Assembly: GCA_038087875.1 (NCBI GenBank)
Contig: CM075991.1
Coordinates: forward strand, 13,890,001-13,954,000
Direction of reading: 5' to 3'
DNA: 64,000 nt
DNA from: Malacoraja senta
Taxonomy: Eukaryota
Position 1 is the stretch's first letter. Every line of letters starts with the position of its first letter. The position numbers were made by a program, and so were the translations under genes. The notes beneath the pieces were generated by a model. It was not told the origin of the DNA. It saw only the letters and a list, made by a program, of their open reading frames with translations, and searched no databases. Of the stretch, positions 35,501-47,100 are shown piece after piece.

Positions 35501-36757
35501 TTTTATAGACTCCAGCGAGTACTTGTCCCTTGCCATCTAACACTCATCCTATGTAATGGTTGATCTAATGGTGAGGTGTTCTGCCCAATCCCACCTCCAA
35601 CGTGGCGATATCTTTCCTGTACAACCCGCTGGCAACTGAAGACACACATCTGTGTTTCAGGTTGTACAAACAGAAGGGTGACGTTGTGGAGATAGTTGAC
35701 CATCACTCTTCCTGTCTCAGTTGATTTAACGGATACGTCATCCAACAGCTCACAAAGGTGGGTCTGTCTGGAAATCATCCCCGTTGCAGTGGTTACACAT
35801 CCGTCAGGGACCTCGACCTTCTTGGAGCGAGGGAAGACTGTATATGAGGGGTGGGCTCACAACCCTCGAGGAGGCAGCAACTCCTTCCAGCCCCAGTCAC
35901 TTGAGTTTAGAGATACAGCCCACCGAGTCCACACCGACCAGCGATCACCCATTCACTAATTCTATGTTTAGTTTAGGTTAGTTTAGAGATACAGCGCAGA
36001 AACAGGCCCTTCGGCCCACCGAGTCCATGCCCACCATCGATCACCCATTCACTAATTCTATGTTTAGTTTAGAGATACAGCAGTGAAACAGGCCCTTCGG
36101 CCCAGGGTGTCCATGCCGACCAACGATCACTAGGCACCATTTACAAATATGCCAAGCCAATGAGCCTACGAACCTGTACGTCTCTGGAGTGTGGGAGGAA
36201 ACTGGAGATCCCGGAGAAAACCCACGCAGGTCACGGGGAGAACGTACAAACTCCGTACAGACAGCACCCCTAGTCAGGATCGAACCCGGGTCTCTGGCGC
36301 TGTGTGGCAGCAACTCTACCACTGCGCCACAGTGTTGCCCTGTCCAGCTAACCTCTGCATTAAATAGAAATGATCATTGCGGTGCTGTTCAGGGGTCAGA
36401 GTTGTGATCTCTACCCCATGAGGGACGGTGGAATGGAGGACTCCACGAGGGGTCTGTACCCCGCTCGGCACTGACCCCGCGGGTGGGGGGGCGAGTTCAG
36501 GGGTCCGGTACACTTGGTAGTTGTCGGTCAGTGGGGTCACTGAGCCAGCTGTCGGAGGTCATTAGTGGTCCAGGCTTGGTGATGGGACCTCAGTTCCATC
36601 ACCTGTGGCCAACTCACTGCTCAGAAGCTCAGCTAGGTAAGGTCATAAGATCAGAAGGAATAGTAGCATTAGGCCATTCGGCCCATCAAGTCTACTCCGA
36701 CATTCCATCATGGCTGATCTATCTCTCTCTACTAACCCCATTCCCCTGCCTTCTCGA

Positions 36758-37381
36758 GAGGATTTGAGTATAGGAATAAAGAGGTCCTTCTGCAGTTGTA
36801 CAGGGCCCTGGTGAGACCACATCTGGAGTATTGTGTGCAGTTTTGGTCTCTTAATTTGAGGAAGGACATCCTTGCTATTGAGGCAGTGCAGCTTAGGTTC
36901 ACAATGTTAATCCCCGGGATGGCGGGACTGTCATAAGAAGAAAGATTGGAAAGACTGGGCTTGTGTTCACAGGAGTTTAGAAGGACGAGAGGGGATCTTA
37001 TAAAAACATATACAATTATAAAAGGACTGGACAAGCTAGATGCAGGAAAAATGTTCACAATGTTGGGCGAGTCCAGAACCAGGGGCCACAGTCTAAGAAT
37101 GAAGGGGAGGCCATTTAAAACTGAGATGAGAAACTTTTTCACCCAGAGAGTTGTGAATTTGTGGAATTCTCTGCCACGGAAGGCAGTGGAGGCCAATTCA
37201 CTGGATGAATTTAAAAGAGAGTTAGATAGAGCTCTTGGGGCTAGCGGAGTCAAGGGATATGGGGAGAAGGCAGGCACGGGTTACTGATTGTGGAAGATCA
37301 GCCATGATCACAATGAATGGTGGTGCTGGCTCAAAGGGCCGAATGGCCTCCTCCTGCACCTATTGTCTACGTTTCTATGTT
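36758..37381 (+). mobile_element. CR1 LINE 3' fragment
   Basis: ORF 36946..37287 and the CR1 tail. Confidence 0.88.
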
Positions 37382-37946
37382 TCCCCATAACCTCTGACAC
37401 CTGCAAGGTGGCACGCTGGCACAGTGGGTGGAGCTACTGCCTTACAGCGTCTGAGACCCCAGTTCGATCCTGACTACCGGTGCTGTCTGTATGGTGTTTG
37501 AACGTTCTCCCTGAGACCTGCGTGGGTTTTCTCCAAGACCACCGGTTTACCCCCGCACCACAAAGACGTGCAGGTTTGCTGGTTAATTGGCTTGATGTAT
37601 GTGTAAATTGTCCCTAGTGTGTATTGGATAGTGTTAGCGTGCGGGGATCGCTGGTCAGTCCAGACTTGATGGGCAGAAGGGCCTGTTTCTGCGCTGTATC
37701 TCCAAACTAAGCTAGAGAAAGGTTAGTGGAGCTGTAGGGACCAGGGGACAACAAGCACAGGACAAGTGTGAACAACTCAGTCCGTTAAACAAACTTTGAA
37801 ACAAGACACTAGGAGGTTGGAGGAGGTGCAGGTGAACCTCTGCCTCACCTGGAAAGGTTGCAGGGGTACCTGGATTGGTGTGAGCAGGAGGTGCAAGGTG
37901 AGTTGTTACATCTCCTGCGCTGTTGAGACTTGCATGGGTAATGTGG

Positions 37947-38186
37947 AATCGAGAACCAGAGGGCATAGGCCGAAGGTGAGGCAATCAAGAACCAGAGGTC
38001 ATAGGTTAAAGGTGAGGCAATCAAGAACCAGAGGTCATAGGTTGAAGGTGAGGCAATCATGAACCAGTCATAGGTTGAAGGTGAGGGAATCAAGAACCAA
38101 AGGGCACACGTTAGTGAGGCAATTAAGAACAAGAGGGCATAGGTTAAAGGTGAGGGAATCCAGAGGTCATAGTTGGAAGGTGAGGA
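37947..38186 (+). repeat. Tandem amplification of a ~36-bp CR1 segment
   Basis: About 7 units of aatcaagaaccagaggtcataggttgaaggtgaggc, which then continue into a normal CR1 3' end. Confidence 0.85.
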
Positions 38187-38508
38187 CTGAAAGATTTAAT
38201 ATGAACCTGAGGGGCAACTTCTTTACACAAAGGGTGGTGGGTAAATGAACAATGCTGCCAGAGGAGGTAGCTGAGGCAAAATATATGGACAGGTCCCTGG
38301 ATGGGATGTTTAGAGGGATATGGGCCAAACGCGGGCAGGTGGGATGAGTGTAGACAGGGCATTTTGGTCGGCGTGGGCAGGTTAGGCCGAAGGGCCTGTT
38401 TCCGCACCGTATGTCTCCATAACTCTGACAGGCGCACAGCAAGAGGACTCCAGGTTATATAGAAAAACAGAGAGAAAGAGGCGAGGCAGGGAATGCGGTA
38501 ACACTCAC

Positions 38509-39526
38509 GTTATCACTCGAGGTTTGGCCTTCGCCTCCACCTCGCCGTCCTCCTCTCCCTCAGCCGTGACCTCCGGCTCCCCTCGCTCAGTCGCCTCGGT
38601 GCCCCTCTCCAGAGGGCCGAGGGGGCTGTCCTCGTTGGGCAAGCTCTTCGAGGGCTTGAAAGGGTCGACGGCATCCAGACGTTCGGGGTGGAATGCGTAA
38701 GATCCAGTGGGGGAGGTCTGCATGGCAGAGTTGCCCCCGAAGGGGTTGAAGTTGGGATCGTCCCACTGGCTGGAATCCAAGTTGTAGGACCGTTTGGGAA
38801 TGGGAACGTCGTCGAGATTGGCGCTGGGACAGACGGGTTCCTTGGCCGCCAGGGCGGTGGGTTTGGGGATAGAGGCTCTCTGCTTCTTGCCGGTCCGGCC
38901 ACTGGGCTTCCTTCCCACTTTCCTGGCCGCGGGCGGGCACGTCTCCGCGTTCTCCTTGTCCTCCGAGAAGTCGAACTCCAGCTTCAGCGCCGGGCCCTTG
39001 GCTCCCGCCGCGGTCCCCGCCTCGCCCTCCGTCCCCGCGGCCGCCGGACCCCCTCCTGGGGGGGACTCTTGGAGCCGGCAGCCCCCCGAGGTGAAAGGGT
39101 TCCGAGCCCCGTCAAAGTTGTCCGGGTCAAAGCCGTAGGCCGGTTTCGGTGAGGCCTCGTCGCCGTCTCCGGGCCCCCCTAGATCCAGCGAGGGAGGGGG
39201 TGCCTTGGTGCGCTCGCCCGTACCGCCCGGACTCTGGTCCTCCACTCCCTCTGCCGCTTGCTCCTCGCCAGCCGGCACCGTCATGCCTCCACCCTGCTCA
39301 CCGGGGCCTGAATTGGCACGCCGAGGCACCGCCGATCTCGGGGAGTCCCCGTCCCTCCGCGTCTCAGACGCACGCACCTCGATCCTCGGCGAGTTCGTCT
39401 GGTCGGAAGCCTCATCTACAGTGCACGCGGTGTCCTCAACGGCCGCGTCGAGCGTCGTCTCACCGGACTCCAACCGCGACTCGTCCGCAGCCTCCAACAA
39501 TAACTGCTTGTCCTCCGTTCGCCAGC
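38509..39526 (-). CDS. tacc1: TACC1 large internal exon (human exon 3 equivalent), SDP-repeat region, 1018 nt, phase 1 to phase 2
   Basis: ORF 38505..39569(-) contains ALKLEFDFSED, RKVGRKP, SSQWDDPNFNPFGG, GSYAFHPERLDAVDPFKP and ends KAKPRVIT, matching vertebrate TACC1 as I recall it (PLKLEFDFTED...SQWESPSFNPFG...KAKSRLIT). Acceptor cccgctgcag|GC, donor AC|gtgagt. Confidence 0.93.
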
Positions 39527-39755
39527 CTGCAGCGGGCAATGCAGCACAGTTAACAGCAAAGAAAACCACAGCGAATAGATAGAGTAGACAGTCAGAACCT
39601 TTATCCCCAGGGTGGTAATGTCAAAGGCAAGAGGGGAGAGGTGACAAAAGTTTAAAGCATCCAAATATAACAACTTCCTAAATATGCCAGGATTTATCAC
39701 CTGCCCTGATTAACCCTTGAACCACGCAGCATCTCCGTGGGTCAGAGGTCACAAG

Positions 39756-40170
39756 GGCAGTCAGTGTGGTGCAGCGGTAGAGTTGCTGCCTCACAGCGCC
39801 AGAGACCCGGGTTCGATCCCGACTATGGGTGCTGTCTGTACGGAGTTTGTACGTTCTCCCCGTGACCACGTGGGTTTTCTCCGAGATCTTCGGTTTCCTC
39901 CCACATTCCAAACACGTACAGGTTTGTAGGTTAATTGGCTTGGTATAAATGCAAATTGTCTCTAGTGTGTGTAGGATAGTGTTAATGTGCGGGGATCGCT
40001 GGTCGGTGGGGACTCGGTGGGGGACTCGGTGGGGACTCGGTGGGGACTCGGTGGGGACTCGGTGGGGACTCGGTGGGACTCGGTGGGGACTCGGTGGGGA
40101 CTCGGTGGGGACTCGGTGGGCCGAAGGGCCTGTTTCCGTGCTGTGTCACTAAACTAAACTGAACCAAACT
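39756..40170 (+). mobile_element. HE1/V-SINE-like SINE with internal 11-bp tandem expansion
   Basis: SINE consensus with (GGTGGGGACTC)n at ~40005-40118. Confidence 0.85.
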
Positions 40171-40179
40171 AAAGGTCTT

Positions 40180-40392
40180 TACACCGTTTCGCCAAACACT
40201 TGCGCTCGATCCGCCAAGACCTGCTGAATCTCCCGGTTGCTAAACATTTTACCTCCATTCCCATTCCCATTCCCACACTGACCTTTCTATCCTGGGCCTC
40301 CTCCATTGCCAGATTGAGGACGCACACAAACTGGAGGAACAGCACCTCATATTCCACTTGGGTAGCTTCGAACCCAATGGTTTGAACATTGA
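40180..40392 (+). mobile_element. Penelope GIY-YIG endonuclease fragment
   Basis: RFAKHLRSIRQDLLNLPVAKHF… and LEEQHLIFHLGSFEPNGLNI, homologous to 35097-35250. Confidence 0.75.
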
Positions 40393-40423
40393 TAGACACA
40401 AAGTCTACCATTGTAGATAGCCT

Positions 40424-40689
40424 AAGGTAGACAAAAATGCTGGAGAAACTCAGCGGGTGAGGCAGCATCTATGGAGCGAAGGAATAGCTCTCCCACAGCC
40501 TACTGTCTCTGCCTCTTCCTTCCTTCTTCCCACCCACCCCCCCCACCCACCCCCACATCAGTCTGAAGAAGGGTCTCGACCCGAAACGTCACCTATTCCT
40601 TCTCTCCATAGATGCTGCCTCACCTACTGAGTTTCTCCAGCATTTTTGTCTACCTTCGATTTTTCCAGCATCTGCAGTTCTTTCTTAAA
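40424..40689 (+). mobile_element. Short Penelope-derived insertion with inverted 5' segment and intact hammerhead core (40563-40590)
   Basis: 15-bp TSD CATTGTAGATAGCCT at 40409-40423 and 40690-40704. The first ~60 bp is the reverse complement of part of the downstream terminal repeat. Confidence 0.8.
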
Positions 40690-42337
40690 CATTGTAGATA
40701 GCCTCGTCTGAAGAAGGGTTCCGACCCAAAACATTACCTATTCCTTTTCTCCAGAGATACTGACTGAACCGCTGTTACTCCAGCACTTAGTGTCTATCTT
40801 AGGTATAAAGCAGCACCTGCAGTTCCCTCCTATACAGTATGAACATTGTAATCCTCCAATTTTAGGTAACCTCTAACAACCCCTCCCCCACACCCCTCCT
40901 TCCAGTACTCCACCTGGACTCACAACACGTTCCCTCCTCCTCCTCCACCCACATTCCATCCTCTGGCTTCACAATTCACAACTCTTCAATCCTTTTGTCT
41001 CACACATTCTGTTTTTTCATCTCTGGCTTTTGTCCCATCCATCTGACTACCAAACCATCTGCCTACGAGACCCTTCACGACCCGAAACGTCACCCGTTCC
41101 TTCTCTTCAGAGATGCTGCCTGTCCCGCTGAGTTGCTCCAGCATTTTGTGTCTCCCCTCGATTTAAACCACCATCTGCAGTTCCTTCCTACACACATATA
41201 TACACTGGACTTTTTGTTGTTTATTATGAGTTTTACCGAGCACTATGTTTAAATATCTGCTGTGCTGCTGCAAGTAAGAATTTCATTGTTCCGTTTCCGG
41301 ACCTATGACAATAAAACACTCCAGAGTGGGCTTGAAATTCTTCCTCTTCTTTCCCGGGACCCATGCAGCTTGTGTGCTGCAGAAACAATGCTTTGCAGAA
41401 ATCGCCACCCTTAGATTAGAAACCGCAACCTGAATACTGCATGAAATGCGTGTTGCAGAAGCTGCTGTTGGGGTATTGCTATCGTTGTACGCAGATCAAA
41501 GCTTCTCGAGGCACTTCCTCACTGCATAGTGTTTGTTAGAAACATCCTTAAGGGACTGGACAGGGTAGATGCAGGAAAAATGTTTCCCCATGTTGGGGGA
41601 GTCCAGAGCCAGGGGTCACACAGTTTAAGAATAAGGGGTCGGCCATTTAGGACTGAGATGAGGAAAAACATTTTCACCCAGAGAGCTGTGAATCTGTGGA
41701 ATTCTCTGCCACAGAAGGCAGTGGAGGCCAATTCACTGGATGTTTTCAAGAGAGAGTTATATTTAGCTCTAAGGGTTAAAGGAATCAAGGGATATGGGGA
41801 GAAAGCAGGAGCGGGGTACTGATTCTGGATGATCAGCCATGAACATATAGAACGGGTCGAGGGGCTGAATGGCCTACTCCTGCACCTATTTTCTGTTTCT
41901 ATGTAAATCACCACGTGTAGATTATGTACGTTGCAGGAAATATATGATGCAGAAACCGCAAGCTGATCACTGCATGAAATGCGTGTCACAGAAGCTGCCG
42001 TTGGTGGGTTGCCATCGTTGTACGCAGATCAAAACGTCTCGAGGCACTTCCTCACTGCATAGTGTTTGTTAAAAGATCCAGAGATCTCAAAGGTGAAAGG
42101 GTTTCGTTGCCTTAATGAGCCAAGCAATGTCACGGGAATCAGCGGCAGCGACAACAGGAAGCATGTCACGGAAGGTGCAATGCCTTGTGCTCTGTCTCTG
42201 TGAGTCTCAGCTTCTCAGTGTCAGTCAGTGTCTGAATCAAACCTCTTGCAGTCTCCCGTCATAAGGCTCTGCAATGGGTCAAAATGGGTCAAAATGTTCC
42301 CATATTCTCACCAGCACTTGCCACTGACATAGCCTAA

Positions 42338-42519
42338 AGGGCCTATCCAACTTACGCGACATGTCGCGGGGGTGACGCCTGTAGGTTCCGTGAGTAGTCG
42401 CCCAAAGAGTCGTACCTTGTTCTGGTCGCCACTGGATTTTCAACATGTTGAACATTTTGGGCGACCTGCTGTGACTATGATGAAGTCGCCGAAAAAAATT
42501 GCGTAAGTGGGACAGGTCT
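42338..42519. mobile_element. PIF/Harbinger-like MITE (short, degenerate)
   Basis: Imperfect TIRs of the same family, TSD TAA. Confidence 0.75.
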
Positions 42520-42644
42520 TAACGACACCATTGTGGGTTCCTCTCCTGGCTAGTTGTTGTGCCTCTATTTAAGAAAGGCTGCATGGAAAAGCCTGGGAGC
42601 TACATCAGTGTCTAACATCAGTGGTAGGTATGTTATTGGAGGGG

Positions 42645-43110
42645 AACACTAAATCCTGGAGTAACTCAGCGGGACAGGCGGCATCTATGGAGGGAAGGAA
42701 TGGGTGATGTTTCGGGTCGAGACCCTTCTTCAGACTGGTTCGGGAAAAGGGAAACGAGAGATATAGACGATAGTGTGGAGAGATAAAGAACAATGAATGA
42801 AAGATATGTAGAAAAGTTACAATGATAAAGGAAACAGGCTGTTTGTTGGGTGAAAAGGAGAAGTTGGTGTGACTTGGGTGGGGGAGGGATAGAGAGAGAG
42901 GGAATGCCGGAGCTACCTGAAGTGAGAGAATTCAAAATTCATACCACTGGGCTGTAAGGTGCCCAAGCGAAATATGAGATGCTGTTCCTCCAATTTGTGT
43001 TTAGCCTCACTCTGACAATGGAGGAGACCGAGGACGGAAAGGTCTGTGTGGGAATGGGAAGGAGAATTAAAGTGTCTGGCAACCGGGAGATCAGGTTGGT
43101 TCAGGCGGGC
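42645..43110 (-). mobile_element. Penelope 3' fragment (endonuclease C-terminus and terminal repeat)
   Basis: Reverse-complement homologue of 35097-35460. Confidence 0.75.
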
Positions 43111-43585
43111 TGAATGTCAATCTATGGGCAGAGCGATTCAATATGAAGACTCGATCTATGATGGCCATGCCCTTTGTACCACTCTGAATTAAACTGCATT
43201 GTCTACACATCAAGCATCTGTTCCGGACTTCAAAGTTATAAATAACAAAGTCTGGTACACCAACGACCACAGAACTGGATCATAATTTGCCCAAAAAAAG
43301 ACTGGCGTTCAGTTAATTGCACAGATGGAGAGATGTGGACTAAAAATAGAAAGTGGCACAGCGACTGTTTAGTCTCCAGAGCTGGGAATCATCAAACTTA
43401 CATCTTAGTGTAGTTTAGAGATACAGCGCTGAAGCAGGCCCTTCGGCCCACCGAGTACACACCGACCAGCGATCCCCGCACACCAACACTATCCTACACA
43501 CACTAGGGACAATTTCACATTTATAACCAAGCCAATTAACCTGCAAGCCTGTACGTCCTTGGAGTGTGGGAGGAAACGGAAGATT

Positions 43586-44182
43586 CCCACTACACACCTA
43601 CGAACTTTTTATAGGGGGACAATCGAGAGCACATGAACCTACGGCATCACTTCCTGGTTCGGGAGCTGCAAGGCGTACGAACGGCACCAACTAGACAGGA
43701 TTGTGAAGACCGCCAGCAGGATTATTGGTGCTCCACTCCCTTTCCTGCTGGACATATACAGGAAGAGATGTATCAGCAGAGCCATCTCCATCATCAAAGA
43801 CCCCTACCACCCATCGCATCCACATATTCTCCATCCTGCCATCTGGGAAGAGGTACCGGAGCATTAGGTGCAAAACCAGCAGGATACTCCTCAGCTTCTT
43901 CCCGCAGGTTATAAGACTGATAAACGGACTTTGCCCCCTGCCAAAGTATCGTGCACCAACCACCAACCTGGACACACTGCAGCAGAGCCACTGTCGTGCC
44001 GCTGCCGATCGGAACGCCTGTTGATGTTTAGTAGAGTAGAGTGTTCATTTGTTCATGATATATGTATTTTTACTTCTATTTATTTTTTACTGCACACTGA
44101 AATGGACACTGGTTGAGGAACGTTTTTTTGTTTCCTCTGGGTATGCGAATACTCAGGAAATGACAATAAAGATATACAATAC
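43586..44182 (+). mobile_element. Rex1/Babar-type LINE 3' end nested in a SINE
   Basis: IFSILPSGKRYRSIRCKTSRILLSFFPQVIRLIN and a tgacaataaa tail. It splits a minus-strand SINE into 43410-43585 and 44183-44303. Confidence 0.8.
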
Positions 44183-47100
44183 AAAGATCTCGGAGAAAAC
44201 CCACTCAGGTCACGGGGAGAACGTACAAACTCTGAACAGTCAGGATCGAACCCGGGTCTCTGGCGCTGCAAGGCAGCAACTCTACCGCTGCGCCACCGTG
44301 CCGCAAACCTCTTTTGATCTATCCTTCGATAAAAGTCTGCACTGATGTACTTCCACATTACCCTGTCTGTAGAGTCTTCTTCACGTAGGGGAGACAGCAT
44401 CTAATTTGTTTATAAACCACTCTGTCTATGACCACATTTCCCAATCAGTGACGCTAACTGATGGGGAACGACAGGCCAGGACATTGGGGAGAATATAGAA
44501 TTACTAGAATCGGCCCTGCGGTTCAGTGGATAGTGTGTGGGAAGGAACTGCAGATGCTGGTTTAAACCGAAGATAGACACAAAACGTTCACAAGTTACAG
44601 GAGGAGAATCAGCCCATTCGGCCCATCCAGTCCACTCCGCCATTCAACCATGGCTGATCTCTGCCTCCTAATCCCATTTCCCTGCCTTCTCCCCGTTCTT
44701 GACACCCGTTCTATTCAAGAATTTGTCTACCTCGGCCTTAAACAATATCCACGGACTTGGCCTCTGTGGCGATGAGTTCCACAGATTACACTACCCTCTG
44801 ACTATTGAAGGTCCCCTCACAAAAAGCTGGAGTAACTCAGCGGGTCAGACAGCATCTCTGAGAAAGGAATAGGTGACGTTTCGTGTCGAGCATTTCAGGT
44901 CTGAAGAAGGGTCTCGACCCCGAAATGTCATCGTTTTCCTTTCCTCCAGGGATGCTGTCTGACCCGCTGAGTTACTGCAGCTTCCTTGTGTCTACAATCG
45001 ATAGCGTGTTTGACATCCACTGATTGGATCAATCTTATCCTTAATGTTGGATTAATATAGATAGGTGGTGGTGATCAGGCTGGACACAATGGGCTGAAGG
45101 AACTGTGTCTGTGCTCTCAGATCCATGATTTTGTTTAAATTAACTTAGAGATACAGCGTGGAAACAGGCCCTTCGGCCCACCCAGTCCCTGCCGACCCCG
45201 TTCACACCTCGCTCCATGCTACAACACTGGAGACAATTTACAGAAGCTAATTAACCTACAAATCTTTTTGGAATGTGGAGGAATCCGGTGCACCCAGAGA
45301 AAACCCACGCGGCCACAGGGAGAACGTACAAACTCCGTACAGACAGCAGCCGAGGGTCAGGATCGAACCGGGTCTCTGGCGCTGTGAGGCTGCGCCACCT
45401 GTGCGCCCCTTTTGTGCCGGTTTCAGTGACAAGACAACAAAACCAACTCAGGCACGGTTGAGCCATTGTGTGGAAGGAACTGCAGATGCTGGTTTAAACT
45501 GGAGACAGACACAGAATTCTGGAGTAAGTCGGTGGGTCAGACCGCATCTCTGGAGTAAAGGAATGGGTGACGTTTCAGGTCGAGACCCTTGTTCAGACAG
45601 TGGAACATTGTTCATCTCAGTCAGGCAAAGCTAGTTTAGTCATACTCTTCCAAGGACAGTTACATGCAGACAAAACAACTCAGCAGACTAAAGGAACAGT
45701 CCGAGCATTGTTTCAATTTCATTGTTATTATGAGATACAGCATGGAAACAGGCCCTGTGACCCACTGTGTCCTTGCCGACCATCAATCACTCTAGTTCCA
45801 TGTTATCCCACTTCCTCATCCACTCCCTACACACTAGGGCGTCATTTTACAGAGGGCCAATTAACTCCAAACCCAGTGCAGAACGAGGAACTCCAGATGC
45901 TGATTTACAAATAGGAGTATCTCTGTGGGTCCGGGCAGCCTAGCTGGAGAACATGGATAGGTGACAGTTTCAAATCTGGACCCTCCTTCAAGAAGGGTCC
46001 CGACCCGAAACTTCACCAATCCATGTTCTCCAGAGTGGCTGCCCGACCCGCTGAGTTACTCCAGCACATTTCGGCCAATTTGGCACAATGTACAAAATCC
46101 GCACGTCTTTGGGGTGGTGGAGGGAACAAACGCACTCACAGGGAGAACGTGCAACTCCCTGCAGACAGCACCTGGGGTCTGGATTGAACCGGGGTCTCTG
46201 GTGCTGTGAAGCAGCGGCTCTACTAGCTGTGCCGTTCTTTGGTGCTGCCTTTTAGAACAGCCAGTGCTTTTTACAAACTGCAAGGTTGATTGTTGGATTG
46301 GGTCACCTGCAAGAACAAACGGTCTACTGTGGCCAACCTGGCCGACACGGTGGTGCAGCGGTAGAGTCGCTGCCAAACAGCCCCAGAGATCCTGACTACG
46401 GGTGCTGTCTGTACGGGAGTTTGTACATTCTCTCCCGTGACCTGCGTGGGTTTTCTCCGAAATCTTCGGTTTCCTCCCACACTCCAAAGACGTACAGGCT
46501 TGGGAACTAATGTAAATTGTCCCTAGTGCGTATAGGATAGTGTTGATGTGCGGGGATCACTGGTCGGTGCGGACTCGGTGGGCCCTATTTCCACGCTGTA
46601 TCTCTAAACTACACTAAATCTGAGACACATGGAAGAGAAACATGCGTTACTCATTGTTGCTGAGCAGGAGAAGAGGAAGCTTGGTGTTCACACTCACCAC
46701 TGGCTCTTGCATTAGAGAGAAGAGGAACAGCAATTGTCGTTATGCTTTCAGTTCCAACTACTCTTAAAAAGTTGAGAGGGACCATTTCCAAGCTGCCTTT
46801 GGGAGGTTTGCTCCATTGCAATCTCGTTCTCAATTTCCCAAATCCCCCTCATGTCTAACTTTTCCCCACCTCCTTTCTGCCCTACAATTGTGAACGTTCG
46901 ACTCTCCCCCTATTCCTTCCAGACCTCCCCCACTTCTCGTTCCTCCTTGGCAAGTATCCATCTCTCAGACCAAACCCCTCAATCTCCAACGTTTGATGAG
47001 TAAGGGCGTCAGAAGGTTACGGGAAGCAGGCAAGGGAATGGTGTTGAAAAGATCAGCCATGATCGAATGGCGGAGCAGGTTCAATCCTCACCACGGGTGC

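Noticed and set aside
38513..39582. Overlapping alternative-frame and antisense ORFs
   Set aside because: These are shadows of the GC-rich tacc1 exon.
37947..40118. CRISPR-like arrays suggested by regular repeats
   Set aside because: These are tandem repeats without unique spacers, in a eukaryotic intron, with no cas genes.
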